The notes under the pieces were generated by a model that saw only the letters and a list, made by a program, of their open reading frames with translations, did not search any database and was not told the DNA's origin. From NCBI GenBank assembly GCA_963760795.1, contig CAVXEP010000013.1:244919-308918 (forward strand): a stretch of DNA of 64,000 nt. Direction: 5' to 3'. Source of the stretch: an uncultured delta proteobacterium. GTDB taxonomy: Bacteria; Desulfobacterota; Binatia; UBA9968. This document shows positions 1 to 11,269 of the stretch, in pieces. The position numbers and the translations under genes were made by a program. Every line of letters begins with the position of its first letter. The first letter of the stretch is position 1.

Positions 1-3000
1 TGGAGAATTTCTTCGCGTCGTTGCGCAGTTTCAACGAGACCGTTGAAGAAATCGCAGTTATGCGTGACCAACCCATCCGCCCGTAACCTGGGAGTTTGAA
101 CAGTCGAGCGTTCCTCGAGGGACAACATTTCCAACGTCTTGACGCACAAGCGGACGCCAATTATGACGGCCCTGGCCGGCCGGCCGGTGCACGCTCCGCC
201 CTGGCGGTTCCCCTGCTTCGCGAAGGAACAGCGATCGGAACCATTACAATCTGGCGTGATGTTGTGGAAGCATTTTCTGAGAGGCAAATTGAGCTGGTCA
301 AAACCTTTGCCGCCCAAGCGGTGATCGCCATCGAGAATGTGCGCTTGTTCAAGGAACTCGGCGAGCGCAACGCGGAACTGCGCGAGGCGCTGGAGCATCA
401 GACGGCGACGGCCGAGGTGCTCGGCATCATCAGCCGCTCGCCCACCGACGTGCAGCCGGTGCTCGACGCCATCGTCGAGAGCGCCGCGCGGGTTTGTGGG
501 ATCGATGACGTGGTGCTGCGACTCCGCGAGGGGAACAGTCTGGTTCCACGGGCTCATTTTGGTCCCATACCCATCGCCCGCGTCGAGATCAGTATTGATG
601 AGCCACGATTTTCGCTGGATGCGCGAGCATGGCACGCTCCACATTCCCGACGTCCGCGAGCAGAACGACTTTCCAACGTTGGGTTCCACCGGCGGCTGGC
701 GCACCTTCTTAGCCGTTCCCCTTCGTCAGCAGGGGGAACTCATTGGAGCACTGAACGCACGTCGCACCGAGGTACGCCCCTTCACCCCGGCGCAGATCAA
801 ACTGCTCGAAACCTTCGCCGACCAGGCGGTGATCGCCATCGAGAACGTGCGGCTGTTTCAAGAACTCAAGGAATCGTTGGAACAGCAAACCGCGACGAGC
901 GAGATCTTGGGCGTGATCGCCAGCTCGCCGACGGATATTCAGCCGGTGCTGGACGCCGTTGCCGAAAACGCTGCGCGGCTATGCGAGGCAACCGATGCGC
1001 AGATCACGCGTGTCGACGGCGATGTCCTCCGTATCGTGGCTTCACATGGCTCGATCGCCGTGCCATCAAGTGCACGAGCGGAAGGTATCCCGATTCGCCG
1101 TGACATCGTTGCGGTCGAGCGGTCCTCGACCGTCGAACTGTTCACGTTGAAGACTCTGGCAGCCGAAATAGATGGCGAGTTCGCTGGAGCTAAGTATCTT
1201 CAGCAGATCACGGGCCAGCGTGCGACGCTTTCGACACCCTTGCTCCGCGAGGGTGTTGCCATAGGCGCGATCGTGATTCGACGCATGGAGGTCCGGCCTT
1301 TCTCGGAAAAACAGATCAAGCTGCTCGAAACCTTCGCTGCACAAGCGGTGATCGCCATCGAGAACGTGCGCTTGTTCAAGGAACTGCGGAGCGCAATGCG
1401 GAATTGCGCGAGGCGCTGGAGCATCAGACGGCGACGGCCGAGGTGCTCGGCATCATCAGCCGCTCGCCGACGGACGTGCAGCCGGTGCTCGACGCCATCG
1501 TCGAGAGCGCGGCGCGGGTTTGCGGGATCGATGACGTGGTGCTGCGACTCCGCGAGGGCGACGCTATGGTTGCACGGGCTCATTTTGGCCCCATACCGAT
1601 CGCGCGCATCGAGATCAGTATTGATGAGCCAGCAGTTTCGCTGGATGCGCGAGCATGGCACGCTCCACATTCCCGACGTCCGCGCCCAGAACGATTTCCC
1701 AACGTTAGGTTCCGTCGGCGCTGGCGCACCTTCTTGGCCGCTCCCCTTCGTCAGCAGGGGGAACTCATTGGAGGACTGATCGCACGTCGCACCGAGGTGC
1801 GCCCCTTCACCCCGGCGCAGATCAAACTGCTCGAAACCTTCGCCGACCAGGCGGTGATCGCCATCGAGAACGTGCGGCTGTTCAAGAACTCACGGAGGCG
1901 CTTGGAGCAGCAGACGGCGACGAGTGAGATCTTGGGCGTCATCGCCAGCTCGCCGACGGATATTCAGCCGGTGCTGGACGCGGTTGCCGAGAGCGCCGCC
2001 GCGTCTGTGCGACGCAAACGATGCGCAATTTGGCGTCGTTGACGGAGACATGTGCTTCGGCTGGCGCCTCACATGGATCGATGCCTCTCGTCGCGGCCGA
2101 GAAGGTCGCCGATTGACTCGCGCTATCGGTGCGCGGTCCGAGCGATGCTCGACCGGCAGACGATTCACATTCCAGACATCTGCAGCCCGGACGCGCAAGA
2201 CGAGATTTCCGGACAGCTCAGGTTCATTGCCAGGCGATCGGCTGTCCGAACCGTGCTTGGCGACGCCGCTGCTTCGCGAAGGTACGGCGATCGGGGTGAT
2301 TCATGATCCGCCGAACGGAAGTCCGGCCGTTCACCGACAAGCAGATCGCGCTGCTCAAGACCTTCGCCGACCAAGCGGTGATCGCCATCGAGAACGTGCG
2401 GCTGTTCAAGGAACTGCAGGAGCGCAACGCGGAATTGCGCGAGGCGCTGGAGCATCAGACGGCGACGGCCGAGGTGCTCGGCATCATCAGCCGCTCGCCG
2501 ACCGACGTGCAGCCGGTGCTCGACGCCATCGTCGAGAGCGCCGCCAGGGTTTGTGGGATCGAATACCTGACACTGCGACTCCGCGAGGGGAACGTGCTGA
2601 TTCCGCGGGCTCATTTTGGTTCCATGCCCACCGCCCGCGCCGAGATCAGTGTTGATGAACCACGGTGTCGCTGGATGCGCGAGCACGGGACGCTTCACGT
2701 TCCCGATATCGCGCGCGCAGAACGATTTCACAAGGGCGGGTTACCGACAGCAACTCGAATCGCACCTTTTTGGCCGTTCCCCTTCGTCAGCAAGGGGAAC
2801 TCATTGGAACACTGACTGCGCGTCGCACCGAGGTGCGCCCCTTCACCCCGGCGCAGATCAAGCTGCTCGAAACCTTCGCCGACCAGGCCGTGATCGCCAT
2901 CGAGAACGTGCGGCTGTTCAAGTTGCAAGAACTCAACCGGAGCTCAGCTTGGAGCAGCAGACGGCGACGAGTGAAATCCTGGGTGTGATCGCCAGTTCGC

Positions 3001-6000
3001 CGACGGACATTCAACCGGTGCTGGATACGCATCGCCGAAAGCGCGTGCGCGTGTGTGCGGCGCGACCGATGCGTCACGATTCGCCTGCTCGATGGCGAGA
3101 TGTTCTTCGGGTCGTCGCCCACTATGGCGAGACTGCCGAAGCAAGTACGCCTGGCTGCAGAGCCGACCGGGACGTGTTGGATTGCCGACTTCAGGCAATC
3201 GCGCATTCAGCGAGCGACAAGCCATCCACGATTGCCGATGCTGCAGGCAGAGCGAGATTCCCGAGCAGTCATTGCCGCACGGCATGGAGTCGAGACCATG
3301 CTTGTCAACGCCGCTGCTGCGCGAGGGCACGGCCATCGGGGTGATCAACATTCGTCGCGACGGAAGTGAAGCCTTTCACCGACAAGCAGATCGCGCTTGC
3401 TGGAAACCTTCGCCGCCCAAGCGGTGATCGCCATCGAGAACGTGCGGCTGTTCAAGGAACTCGGCGAGCGCAACGCGGAATTGCGCGAGGCGCTGGAGCA
3501 TCAGACGGCGACGGCCGAGGTGCTCGGCATCATCAGCCGCTCGCCGACGGACGTGCAGCCGGTGCTCGACGCCATCGTCGAGAGCGCCGCGCGGGTTTGC
3601 GGGATCGATGACGTGGTGCTGCGGCTCCGCGAGGGGAACGCTATGGTTTCGCGGGCTCATTTTGGTCCCATACCCATCAGCCGCGTCGAGATCAGTATTG
3701 ATGAGCCACAGTATCGCTGGATGCGCGAGCATGGCACGCTCCACATTCCCGACGTCCGCGCGCAGAACGATTTCCCAACGTTGGGTTCCGTCAGCCAGTT
3801 GTCGCACCTTCTTGGCCGTTCCCCTTCGTCAGCAGGGGGAACTCATTGGAACACTGAACGCACGTCGCACCGAGGTGCGTCCCTTCACCCCGGCGCAGAT
3901 CAAACTGCTCGAAACCTTCGCCGACCAGGCGGTCATCGCCATCGAGAACGTGCGGCTGTTTCAAGAACTGCAAGAACGCAATCGCGAATCACCGAGCTCT
4001 GGAGCAGCAGACGGCGACGAGTGAAATTCTGGGCGTCATCGCCAGCTCGCCGACCGACATTCAGCCGGTGTTGGATGTTGTTGCGGAGAACGCAGCGCGG
4101 CTATGTGACGCGACCGATGCCAACATTTACCGTATTGACGGCGACTGGTTATCGGCTCGTGGCCTCATACGGAGCTATGCCTATCCCCGACCGCGATAAA
4201 CCGAGACCTCTCATTCGGGGTCATGCTCCAGCCAGAGCTATGATCGATCGAGCGGTCGTACACGTCGATGACATGTTGAGCCTGGAGGCTCAGGCCGAAT
4301 TTCCTGAAGGCTGGGCTTTCACCCAGGCCGTCGGTCTACGTACTATGCTTAGTCGCACCGTTGCTGCGCGAGGGGGTCGCAATCGGTGCGATCTTGATTC
4401 GCCGCACGGAAGTTCGCCCATTCATCGGACAAGCAGATTGCGCTTCTCAAAACCTTCGCCGACCAAGCGGTGATCGCCATCGAGAACGTGCGGCTGTTCC
4501 AAGAGCTCAAGGAATCACTGGAGCAGCAGACGGCGACGAGTGAGATTTTGGGTGTCATCGCTAGCTCGCCGACGGACATCCAACCCGTGTTGGATGCAGT
4601 TGCGGCGAGCGCGGCGAGGCTGTGCGATGCCACGGATGCCACAGTCATTCGGCTCGACGGCGATGTTATGCATCAGGTGGCGGTCCATGGGTCGATGCCT
4701 GTCCCTGGGTCTCGACGAATAACCCACGGCACGCCCGTGGGCCGAGCTCTTATCGATCGAAGCACCATTCATATTCATGACCTCGTGGCGGAACTCGAAG
4801 CCGAATATCCGGAATCGAGGGATCGGCAGGGGCCGATCGGTACGCGCACGATGCTCATCACGCCGATGCTGCGCGAGGGAGCGCCGATCGGGGCTATCGT
4901 CATTCGCCGCATGGAGGTCCGCCCCTTCACGGAGAAGCAGATCAAACTGCTCGAAACTTTTGCCGCTCAGGCCGTCATCGCCATCGAGAACGTGCGGTTG
5001 TTTCAAGAACTGCAAGAGCGAACCCAAGAGCTGATTAGGTCAGTGGGAGAGCTGAAAGCACTCGGCGAAGTCGGTCAGGCGGTTAGCTCGACTTTGGATT
5101 TCGAAACCGTGCTGACGCGCATCGTTTCCCATGCGGTCCAATTGAGCGGCACCGACGGCGGGGCGATTTACGAATACGACGAGCCGTCTGAAGAGTTCCT
5201 GCTGCGCGCCACCGATCATATGGAGGAAGAACTGATAACCGCTTTGCGGGCGAATCCCCCGCGTCTTGGCGACGGGTTAGTGGGGCGCGCGGCATTGGAG
5301 CCGGGAGCCGATTCAGATTCCCGATATTTCGCAATCTAGCGCCTACGCGCCGCGCATGCGCCAGATACTCGAACGCTTCGGTTTTCGTGCCAGCCTGGCC
5401 GTTCCCTTGTTACGTGAAGATCGCATCATCGGCGGCTTGGTAGTGCGACGAAAATCGATCGGCGAGTTTCGCCCCGAAGTCATCGAGCTTTTGAAAACCT
5501 TCGCGACCCAGTCGGTGTTGGCGATCCAAAACGCCCGGCTGTTTCGCGAGATCGAGGAAAAGAGCCAGCAGATCGAAGCCGCCAACCGCCACAAGTCTGA
5601 GTTTCTCGCCAACATGTCGCATGAGCTGCGCACGCCGCTCAACGCCATCATCGGCTTCTCCGAAGTCCTGCAGGAAAGACTGTTTGGCGAGTTAAATGAA
5701 AAACAAGCCGAATACACTGACGACATCCTTACTTCCGGTCGCCATCTGCTGTCCCTCATCAATGAGATTCTCGATCTGTCCAAAGTCGAAGCCGGGCGCA
5801 TGGAGCTGGAGACTGCTACGTTCGATCTGCCGTTGGCCATAGACAACGCCCGCACCTTCGTGCGCGAGCGGGCGACAAATCATGGGATTACTCTAAATGT
5901 CAAAGTTGACGAGCGGCTCGGCGACATCGTCGGCGACGAACGCAAGATCAAGCAGATACTTCTGAATCTCTTATCCAACGCCGTCAAGTTCACGCCCGAG

Positions 6001-6285
6001 GGCGGACGGATAACAATTAACGCCAGACCGATTAACGGCGCAGTCGAGATTTCAGTAACCGACACCGGCATCGGCATCGCCGAAGAGGACCAGCCAAAAG
6101 TCTTCGAAGAGTTTCGTCAGGTGGGCAGCGACAACGCGAAAAAGGTCGAAGGCACCGGACTGGGCTTAACGTTGGCGAAGAAGTTTGTCGAGCTGCACGG
6201 TGGAAGGATTTGGGTCGAGAGCGAAGTGGGCAAAGGTTCCACTTTCGTGTTTACCCTGCCGACTGCCATGGCCGCACAGAGTTAG
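1..6285 (+). CDS. Giant multi-GAF sensor histidine kinase (>=11 GAF domains, then HisKA + HATPase_c); 5' end outside window; split by many indels
   Basis: Repeated GAF ends '[15 protein letters not shown]' across overlapping ORF fragments 96-5339. C-terminal ORF 5356-6285 has H-box '[19 protein letters not shown]', N-box '[10 protein letters not shown]' and G-boxes 'DTGIGI' and 'GTGLGL'. Confidence 0.88.
355..4020 (+). repeat. Intragenic tandem repeat, ~1.03-kb unit x4 (constant GAF + variable GAF)
   Basis: GAGCATCAGACGGCGACGGCCGAGGTGC recurs at 393, 1419, 2450 and 3496 (spacings 1026, 1031, 1046). Each is followed by a highly similar ~450-nt GAF; the third is more diverged. Confidence 0.9.
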
Positions 6286-6499
6286 CGTTTGAAATTCAAA
6301 TTCTAGACAGATGTGAGGTTAACACCCGAGGGCGAATCTCGAGAAGGCCAGTCCGTAGATGAAGGATTTACCCTCGGCGCCAACGAGCGCTGGGCCGAGA
6401 TAGGCTGCGGTTTGTTAGGGAGATAGGCCGCCGACTGCGGCGGTGTTTGACGGCTAGAAAATTATTGACAAGTTGGGGTAGCCGGTGGATATTCCAACC

Positions 6500-6586
6500 C
6501 GTTCAGATTTCATTGGTGGAGCCGTCTTAGGAGATAGGCCGACCGGCAATTGTCGCCGCCTACGGCGGCTCACTTAATAGTTAGGC
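6500..6586 (+). other. Degenerate integron attC-like site
   Basis: Imperfect hairpin GAGCCGTCTTAGG (6519-6531) / CCTACGGCGGCTC (6559-6571), ending in core site GTTAGGC (6580-6586). The left RYYYAAC box is not intact. Confidence 0.45.
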
Positions 6587-6620
6587 TTACTATCGCAAGT
6601 GACTACGGAGGATTGAACCA

Positions 6621-7412
6621 ATGCCGCGCGTCGCTGCTCTGTATCGTTATCCTGTGAAGGGCTTCACTCCCGAAGAGTGTGACACGTTGACGGTTCTCGA
6701 CGAAGGGAGAATTGCCGGCGACCGTGTCCTCGGCATACGGTTTGCTGACACCGAAGCGGCCGATGATGCCTGGAGTAAGAAAACGGGGATGGTGGCCCTT
6801 GTGAATACACCAGGGCTGGCACGTCTGCACATTAGGTTTGAGGAAGAGGCACTTCGGTTACGCATCAGCTTAGCCAGCACCGTCTTAGTGGATGAGGTAC
6901 TCAATAATGATGGAAGAAAGCGGCTCGCGGCCGCGGTGGCGGATTATGTGCTCAAGCTCGACGAGAATCCGCTTTCTAGCCACCCGGAGCGGCTCCCGCT
7001 ACGGGTGGTTGGCGACGGCATCACGCCGCGATACCACGACGCCGAAGCAGGTCAGGTGACGCTACACGGCCGTGGGAGTCTCCAAGTGCTTACGGCTGCG
7101 ATTGCGAACGCCGAAGTCAGCGAGCTTCGCTTTCGCTCAAACATTGCGGTTGAGAGGCTGGGAGCCTGGGAGGAGCAAAGCTGGGTGGGACGAAAGGTTC
7201 GCATAGGCACGGTCGACTTTGACGTGATAAAGCCCAAGCTCAGGTGCCTTGCTACGCATGCAAATCCTAAGACAGGTGAACGGGACTTGCCGATTTTGAC
7301 GACCCTGACCAGGGTTTTTGGGCAGGAGCAGCCAACGTTTGCAGTGGCAATGGTTCCTAGTCACGGCGGCGGACAAATTCACGCCGGCGATGAAGTCAGC
7401 CTCGTTGATTAA
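6621..7412 (+). CDS. MOSC domain-containing protein
   Basis: N-terminal 'LYRYPVKG' and 'GDR'; MOSC core 'RFRSNI...WEE..W...RC'. GGAGG RBS at 6607. Confidence 0.88.
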   Translation: MPRVAALYRYPVKGFTPEECDTLTVLDEGRIAGDRVLGIRFADTEAADDAWSKKTGMVALVNTPGLARLHIRFEEEALRLRISLASTVLVDEVLNNDGRKRLAAAVADYVLKLDENPLSSHPERLPLRVVGDGITPRYHDAEAGQVTLHGRGSLQVLTAAIANAEVSELRFRSNIAVERLGAWEEQSWVGRKVRIGTVDFDVIKPKLRCLATHANPKTGERDLPILTTLTRVFGQEQPTFAVAMVPSHGGGQIHAGDEVSLVD

Positions 7413-7487
7413 AGACAGGTTAAGGCCAGATGGGTGGGACTAAAGGATTGTGCCAGGTTTCTATCAGTCCATTTTTGCCTAACCATT

Positions 7488-7676
7488 CGCTTTAGACCGC
7501 TAACGACGCTGAATGTAAACCGCTTCGACTTGGAGAACCGCGAGATAGCCGAGTTCATCGGTCTGGAACTCGCTAGGCTGATTGTTGACACTTGCTATCC
7601 TGAACTTCTGCGCGAGCGGGAGGAAACGGAGAGAGTTATTGAACGGCAAACCTTGAAATCGCCTTATCGACGTTAA
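7488..7676 (+). pseudogene. Probable 3' fragment of a hypothetical protein gene
   Basis: Protein-like stretch 'RFRPLTTLNVNRFDLENREIAEFIGLELARLIVDTCYPELL' with no clear start. It begins right after the GCCTAAC box. Confidence 0.3.
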
Positions 7677-7691
7677 TCATTCCGGATAAGG

Positions 7692-8684
7692 GTGACCCCC
7701 GTGCACAAAAAAATCACCATATTGGTTCTCTGCGCTCTGCTCCTTGCTCCCTGTTTCCCCGCCCAAGCACAGCAGCCAACGAAAATCCCGCGGATAGGAT
7801 TTCTAGCTGCTAACTCCCTTTCCTCCCTCTCGGCCCGCATTGAGGCATTCCGGCAAGGTCTGCGCGCACTTGGGTATGTGGAGGGGAAAAACATTGTCAT
7901 TGAGTATCGATATGCAGAGGGAAATGCCGAGCGTCTCCCCGCGCTGGCGACCGAATTAGTGCAGCTAAATGTCGACATCATCGTCACGGCTGGCTCGGCA
8001 TCGACCCGTCCCGCCAAGGAAGTAACTCGAATTATTCCCATTGTCATGGCGGCGGATAGCGATCCTGTTGGGACCGGTTTCGTCGTCAGTCTTGCGAGAC
8101 CTGGGGGAAATATTACTGGATTGTCCAACCTCGCCCCGGAGATCAGCGGGAAACGACTGGAGCTTCTAAAAGAAACCGTTTCTAAACTCTCCCGCGTAGG
8201 CGTCTTCGGACAGTCGAGCACACCCGGTACCGCGCCAGCGTTGAGAGAGACGGAACTCGCTGCGGCGGCACTCAAGGTGCAACTTCAATTCCTAGAGGTA
8301 CGAGATCCCAAAGATATTGAGAATGCATTCCGAAGCGCAAGCAAGTGGCGCGCGGGGGGAGTCATCCTCTTGTCGAACCCGGTCTTCACTTCTCAGGGAA
8401 AACTACTTGCAGACCTCGCGGTAAAGAGCCGGCTGCCGGCTATATCTCAAATTAGTGAATTTGTGGATGACGGAGGGCTGATGAGCTATGGCGTGAGCGT
8501 TGTCGACTTATACCGGCGTGCCGCCACTTATGTGGACAAGATTTTGAAAGGCCGAAAGCCCGTAGACCTTCCCGTGGAGCAGCCGATCAAGTTCGAGTTC
8601 ATCATCAGCCTGAAGGCAGCGAAGCAGATCGGCCTGACGATTCCTCCCAATGTGTTGGTGCGGGCGGATCGGGTTATCAAATGA
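7692..8684 (+). CDS. ABC transporter substrate-binding protein (ABC_sub_bind/DUF534 type)
   Basis: Signal peptide; 'RIGFL...GYVEGKNI.IEYRYA', 'SLARPGGNITG', 'GGLMSYG', terminal 'PPNVLVRADRVIK'. Confidence 0.92.
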   Translation: MTPVHKKITILVLCALLLAPCFPAQAQQPTKIPRIGFLAANSLSSLSARIEAFRQGLRALGYVEGKNIVIEYRYAEGNAERLPALATELVQLNVDIIVTAGSASTRPAKEVTRIIPIVMAADSDPVGTGFVVSLARPGGNITGLSNLAPEISGKRLELLKETVSKLSRVGVFGQSSTPGTAPALRETELAAAALKVQLQFLEVRDPKDIENAFRSASKWRAGGVILLSNPVFTSQGKLLADLAVKSRLPAISQISEFVDDGGLMSYGVSVVDLYRRAATYVDKILKGRKPVDLPVEQPIKFEFIISLKAAKQIGLTIPPNVLVRADRVIK

Positions 8685-8830
8685 CCCCGTCTTCAAAGCA
8701 GGAGTCCGCGACGATTTCCGGTAAGCATCAGGCGCCATCCCCCCGCTGAATGTGCTGACGGTAGAGGGTAATTTGATTAACAATCCAAGACGCATAGGGC
8801 GAAAAGCAAAGGGTAAGATACGGAAGAAAT

Positions 8831-9424
8831 ATGAGAAACAACATGGTGCGTCTCACGCTTGTCGCTCTGCTCTTCGCGCTTAGCTTTTCCGCCGACGCCC
8901 AGCAGCCGGCGGGAACTCCCCGGATAGGAACCCTGGCCGCGGCCTCCGCGACCCCGGATCTAGGTGGCAAACGGTTGGAACTGCTCAAGGAAGTCTTCCC
9001 TAATCTTGACCGGGTGGCTTTCCTCTGGGAACCGGGTACTCCGAGAGGAAACGAGCCCCTCACAGATATGGAGGCTGCGGCCAAGGCGTTACGACTCACA
9101 CTTATATCGATCGAGGTGCGAAGTGTTGGCGATTTTGAGGACGCATTTGCGCGAGTGAGAAAGGAACGCGCCCAGGCGCTCATTATGAACCCAGGTCCAC
9201 TTTTCAATACTCAGCAACGCCAAATCTTGGACTTCGCGGCAAAGAACCGGTTGCTGGCGATGTACCCAACCAGTGAATTTGTTGAGGCCGGCGGCTTGAT
9301 GAGCTACGCGCCGATCGAGCAGCCGATAAAGTTTGAGTTCATCGTCAATCTGAAAGCGGCGAAGCAGATCGGCCTGACGGTTCCCTCGAATGTGCTGGCG
9401 CGGGCGGATAGGGTGATCAAATAA
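8831..9424 (+). CDS. Internally deleted ABC_sub_bind-type SBP (197 aa; two in-frame deletions)
   Basis: Signal peptide, 'KRLELLKE' and the terminal 'VLARADRVIK' are kept. About 95-100 aa and about 26 aa are missing relative to 7692-8684. Confidence 0.75.
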   Translation: MRNNMVRLTLVALLFALSFSADAQQPAGTPRIGTLAAASATPDLGGKRLELLKEVFPNLDRVAFLWEPGTPRGNEPLTDMEAAAKALRLTLISIEVRSVGDFEDAFARVRKERAQALIMNPGPLFNTQQRQILDFAAKNRLLAMYPTSEFVEAGGLMSYAPIEQPIKFEFIVNLKAAKQIGLTVPSNVLARADRVIK

Positions 9425-9637
9425 GCACGCGGCGATGCTAGGAGTGAACTGAATTTTCCATCTAACAAATCCTGTGAAAATTGCCTGTGGCGTCTTACAA
9501 TTCAATCCTGCGGCATTCCGCGCGTTGCGACTCTTCAATTTAGTCCAACACGCTCGTTTTAGCGCTTTCCCGCAACTTGATTGTTTCCAAGCTTTGGGGA
9601 TAAAACGCTTCACGATAGGCTGCTTTTGAGGCCGAGC

Positions 9638-11254
9638 ATGTTCCTCATATTGAAGAAGTTTAGTCTGAGGGTAATTATCCCGAGCGTTTCCCTGATCATA
9701 CTTGTGAACCTGCTTCTTTCAGAGTCCCATGAAAGTAATCCGCATAAACGCATCGAAGAGGCGTTGGCCTCGGGGAATTATGACCTCGCAAAGGCGGAAT
9801 ACCGAAAGCTGATTCAGGACAACTTCTTCAAGGTCGAGTATCACAGAGGCTATATTCGTAGCCATCTCAGGCTATCTGAGCGGACAACCCGCCCGTCCAG
9901 GCGAGACAATCAGGACATAATAGAGGGGTATCGGCGCTACGCTTCGGCGAGTGCTCCCGAAGTGTCTGATATCGGCTACTACGGACTCGGCTTTTTCTAC
10001 GGTCTTCAGACCGACGACGAGCGGGCACGTGAGAATTTTCTGCACGTTCGGAATACACGACTCCCCTACCTGAACTATTCTCTTGGAGCCATCTATAGCA
10101 GGACGGGTCGTCGCGATCTCGCGAAGCAACACTTCGATCGAGAGATCCAACTTGGAGGCATTGTCACCGGAGCGTATTCGAACCTCGCTGTGCTGCTTTT
10201 CGCAACAAAGCAGTACAGTGAGCTCAAGCAAATTGCTGCGCGTCCTGAAGCAAAAAACTCTATCCCATTGGATATCCGACGCTTACTTGCGCTACGAGAG
10301 GGGAGGTATGCGGACTACGTACGGGAAGTTTTGGGTTTCCACGGCGTAACCACCTACGGTCTTCTCGGCGCTGTGCTGATACTTGGCGCGTGGTTTGTCT
10401 ATCTCCAGCAGATCGAGGTGTTCGAGCCGAAACGCCTTTGGTTCGGCGGGATAATCCTGGCCGGAGGGATGATTTTTTCTTGCTTTGCGCTCCCGCTCTA
10501 CGATTTTGCCTTCGGATTCCGCCCCAATCTCACAAACCTGAGCGATCTCCTTTTTTATATGTTTTTAGGCGTGGGACCGATTGAGGAAGTACTAAAAATT
10601 CTTCCTATGCTCCTGCTCATGTGGTTGACCCCTGCGCTCGAAAAGCCAGTGAACTACATTATCTACGGCTCTATATCGGCGCTAGGATTCGCCTTCATGG
10701 AAAACCTGCGCCCTTCCTATGAATGGAGACTCGGAGCAGTCTCCACGCGCGCCTCTGGCGCTGTCATCCTGCACATGACACAGACATCATTAGTTATGTA
10801 CGGCCTCTTCTACAGCAGGTACCGCGTCAAGAAAAAGCCGTTTCAGTACTTTCTCCTCGCTCTTTTAGCAGCATGCGTCCTTCATGGGACTATTGATTTC
10901 TTATTGTTCAAGGGCTGGGGCGTTCTCTGTCTTCCAATACTGATTTATGTCATCCGCCAGTACGGTATCTTTATCAATTGCACCCTGAACCTGTCCGACG
11001 GTAATCCGGACCAGCCAAAGCGACAGCTCGATCTCACCGAGTATCTCTGCTATTCGCTGGCGGCCATCGTTATCCTCCAGTATGTCGCAATGGCTGTGAA
11101 GTACGGCCCCAGCAATGCCAACTCGGCTTTCCTCGGGACAGCATTTCTCTCGTTTTTTTTGCTATGCGTGATTTTGGTAAACCTCGGGAGCTTCGACATA
11201 CAAAAACGGCAATGGTTGCCACTGCTGAGGAGGAAAGCAACCTCAGAAATATGA
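9638..11254 (+). CDS. TPR-containing PrsW-family intramembrane glutamic protease
   Basis: N-terminal helical TPR-like region, then multiple TM segments with 'GPIEEVLK', 'GFAFMEN', 'ILH' and 'LHGTIDF'. Visibly lower GC than neighbours. Confidence 0.8.
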   Translation: MFLILKKFSLRVIIPSVSLIILVNLLLSESHESNPHKRIEEALASGNYDLAKAEYRKLIQDNFFKVEYHRGYIRSHLRLSERTTRPSRRDNQDIIEGYRRYASASAPEVSDIGYYGLGFFYGLQTDDERARENFLHVRNTRLPYLNYSLGAIYSRTGRRDLAKQHFDREIQLGGIVTGAYSNLAVLLFATKQYSELKQIAARPEAKNSIPLDIRRLLALREGRYADYVREVLGFHGVTTYGLLGAVLILGAWFVYLQQIEVFEPKRLWFGGIILAGGMIFSCFALPLYDFAFGFRPNLTNLSDLLFYMFLGVGPIEEVLKILPMLLLMWLTPALEKPVNYIIYGSISALGFAFMENLRPSYEWRLGAVSTRASGAVILHMTQTSLVMYGLFYSRYRVKKKPFQYFLLALLAACVLHGTIDFLLFKGWGVLCLPILIYVIRQYGIFINCTLNLSDGNPDQPKRQLDLTEYLCYSLAAIVILQYVAMAVKYGPSNANSAFLGTAFLSFFLLCVILVNLGSFDIQKRQWLPLLRRKATSEI

Positions 11255-11269
11255 GTCGAAGGGCCGCTG

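Noticed and set aside
355-4020. CRISPR-like repeat-spacer array
   Set aside because: Units are ~1 kb of protein-coding sequence. There are no 25-45-nt repeats with unique spacers and no cas genes.
9460-9560. ATCTAAC as the start of a second attC site
   Set aside because: No matching GTTAGAT core or convincing hairpin follows.
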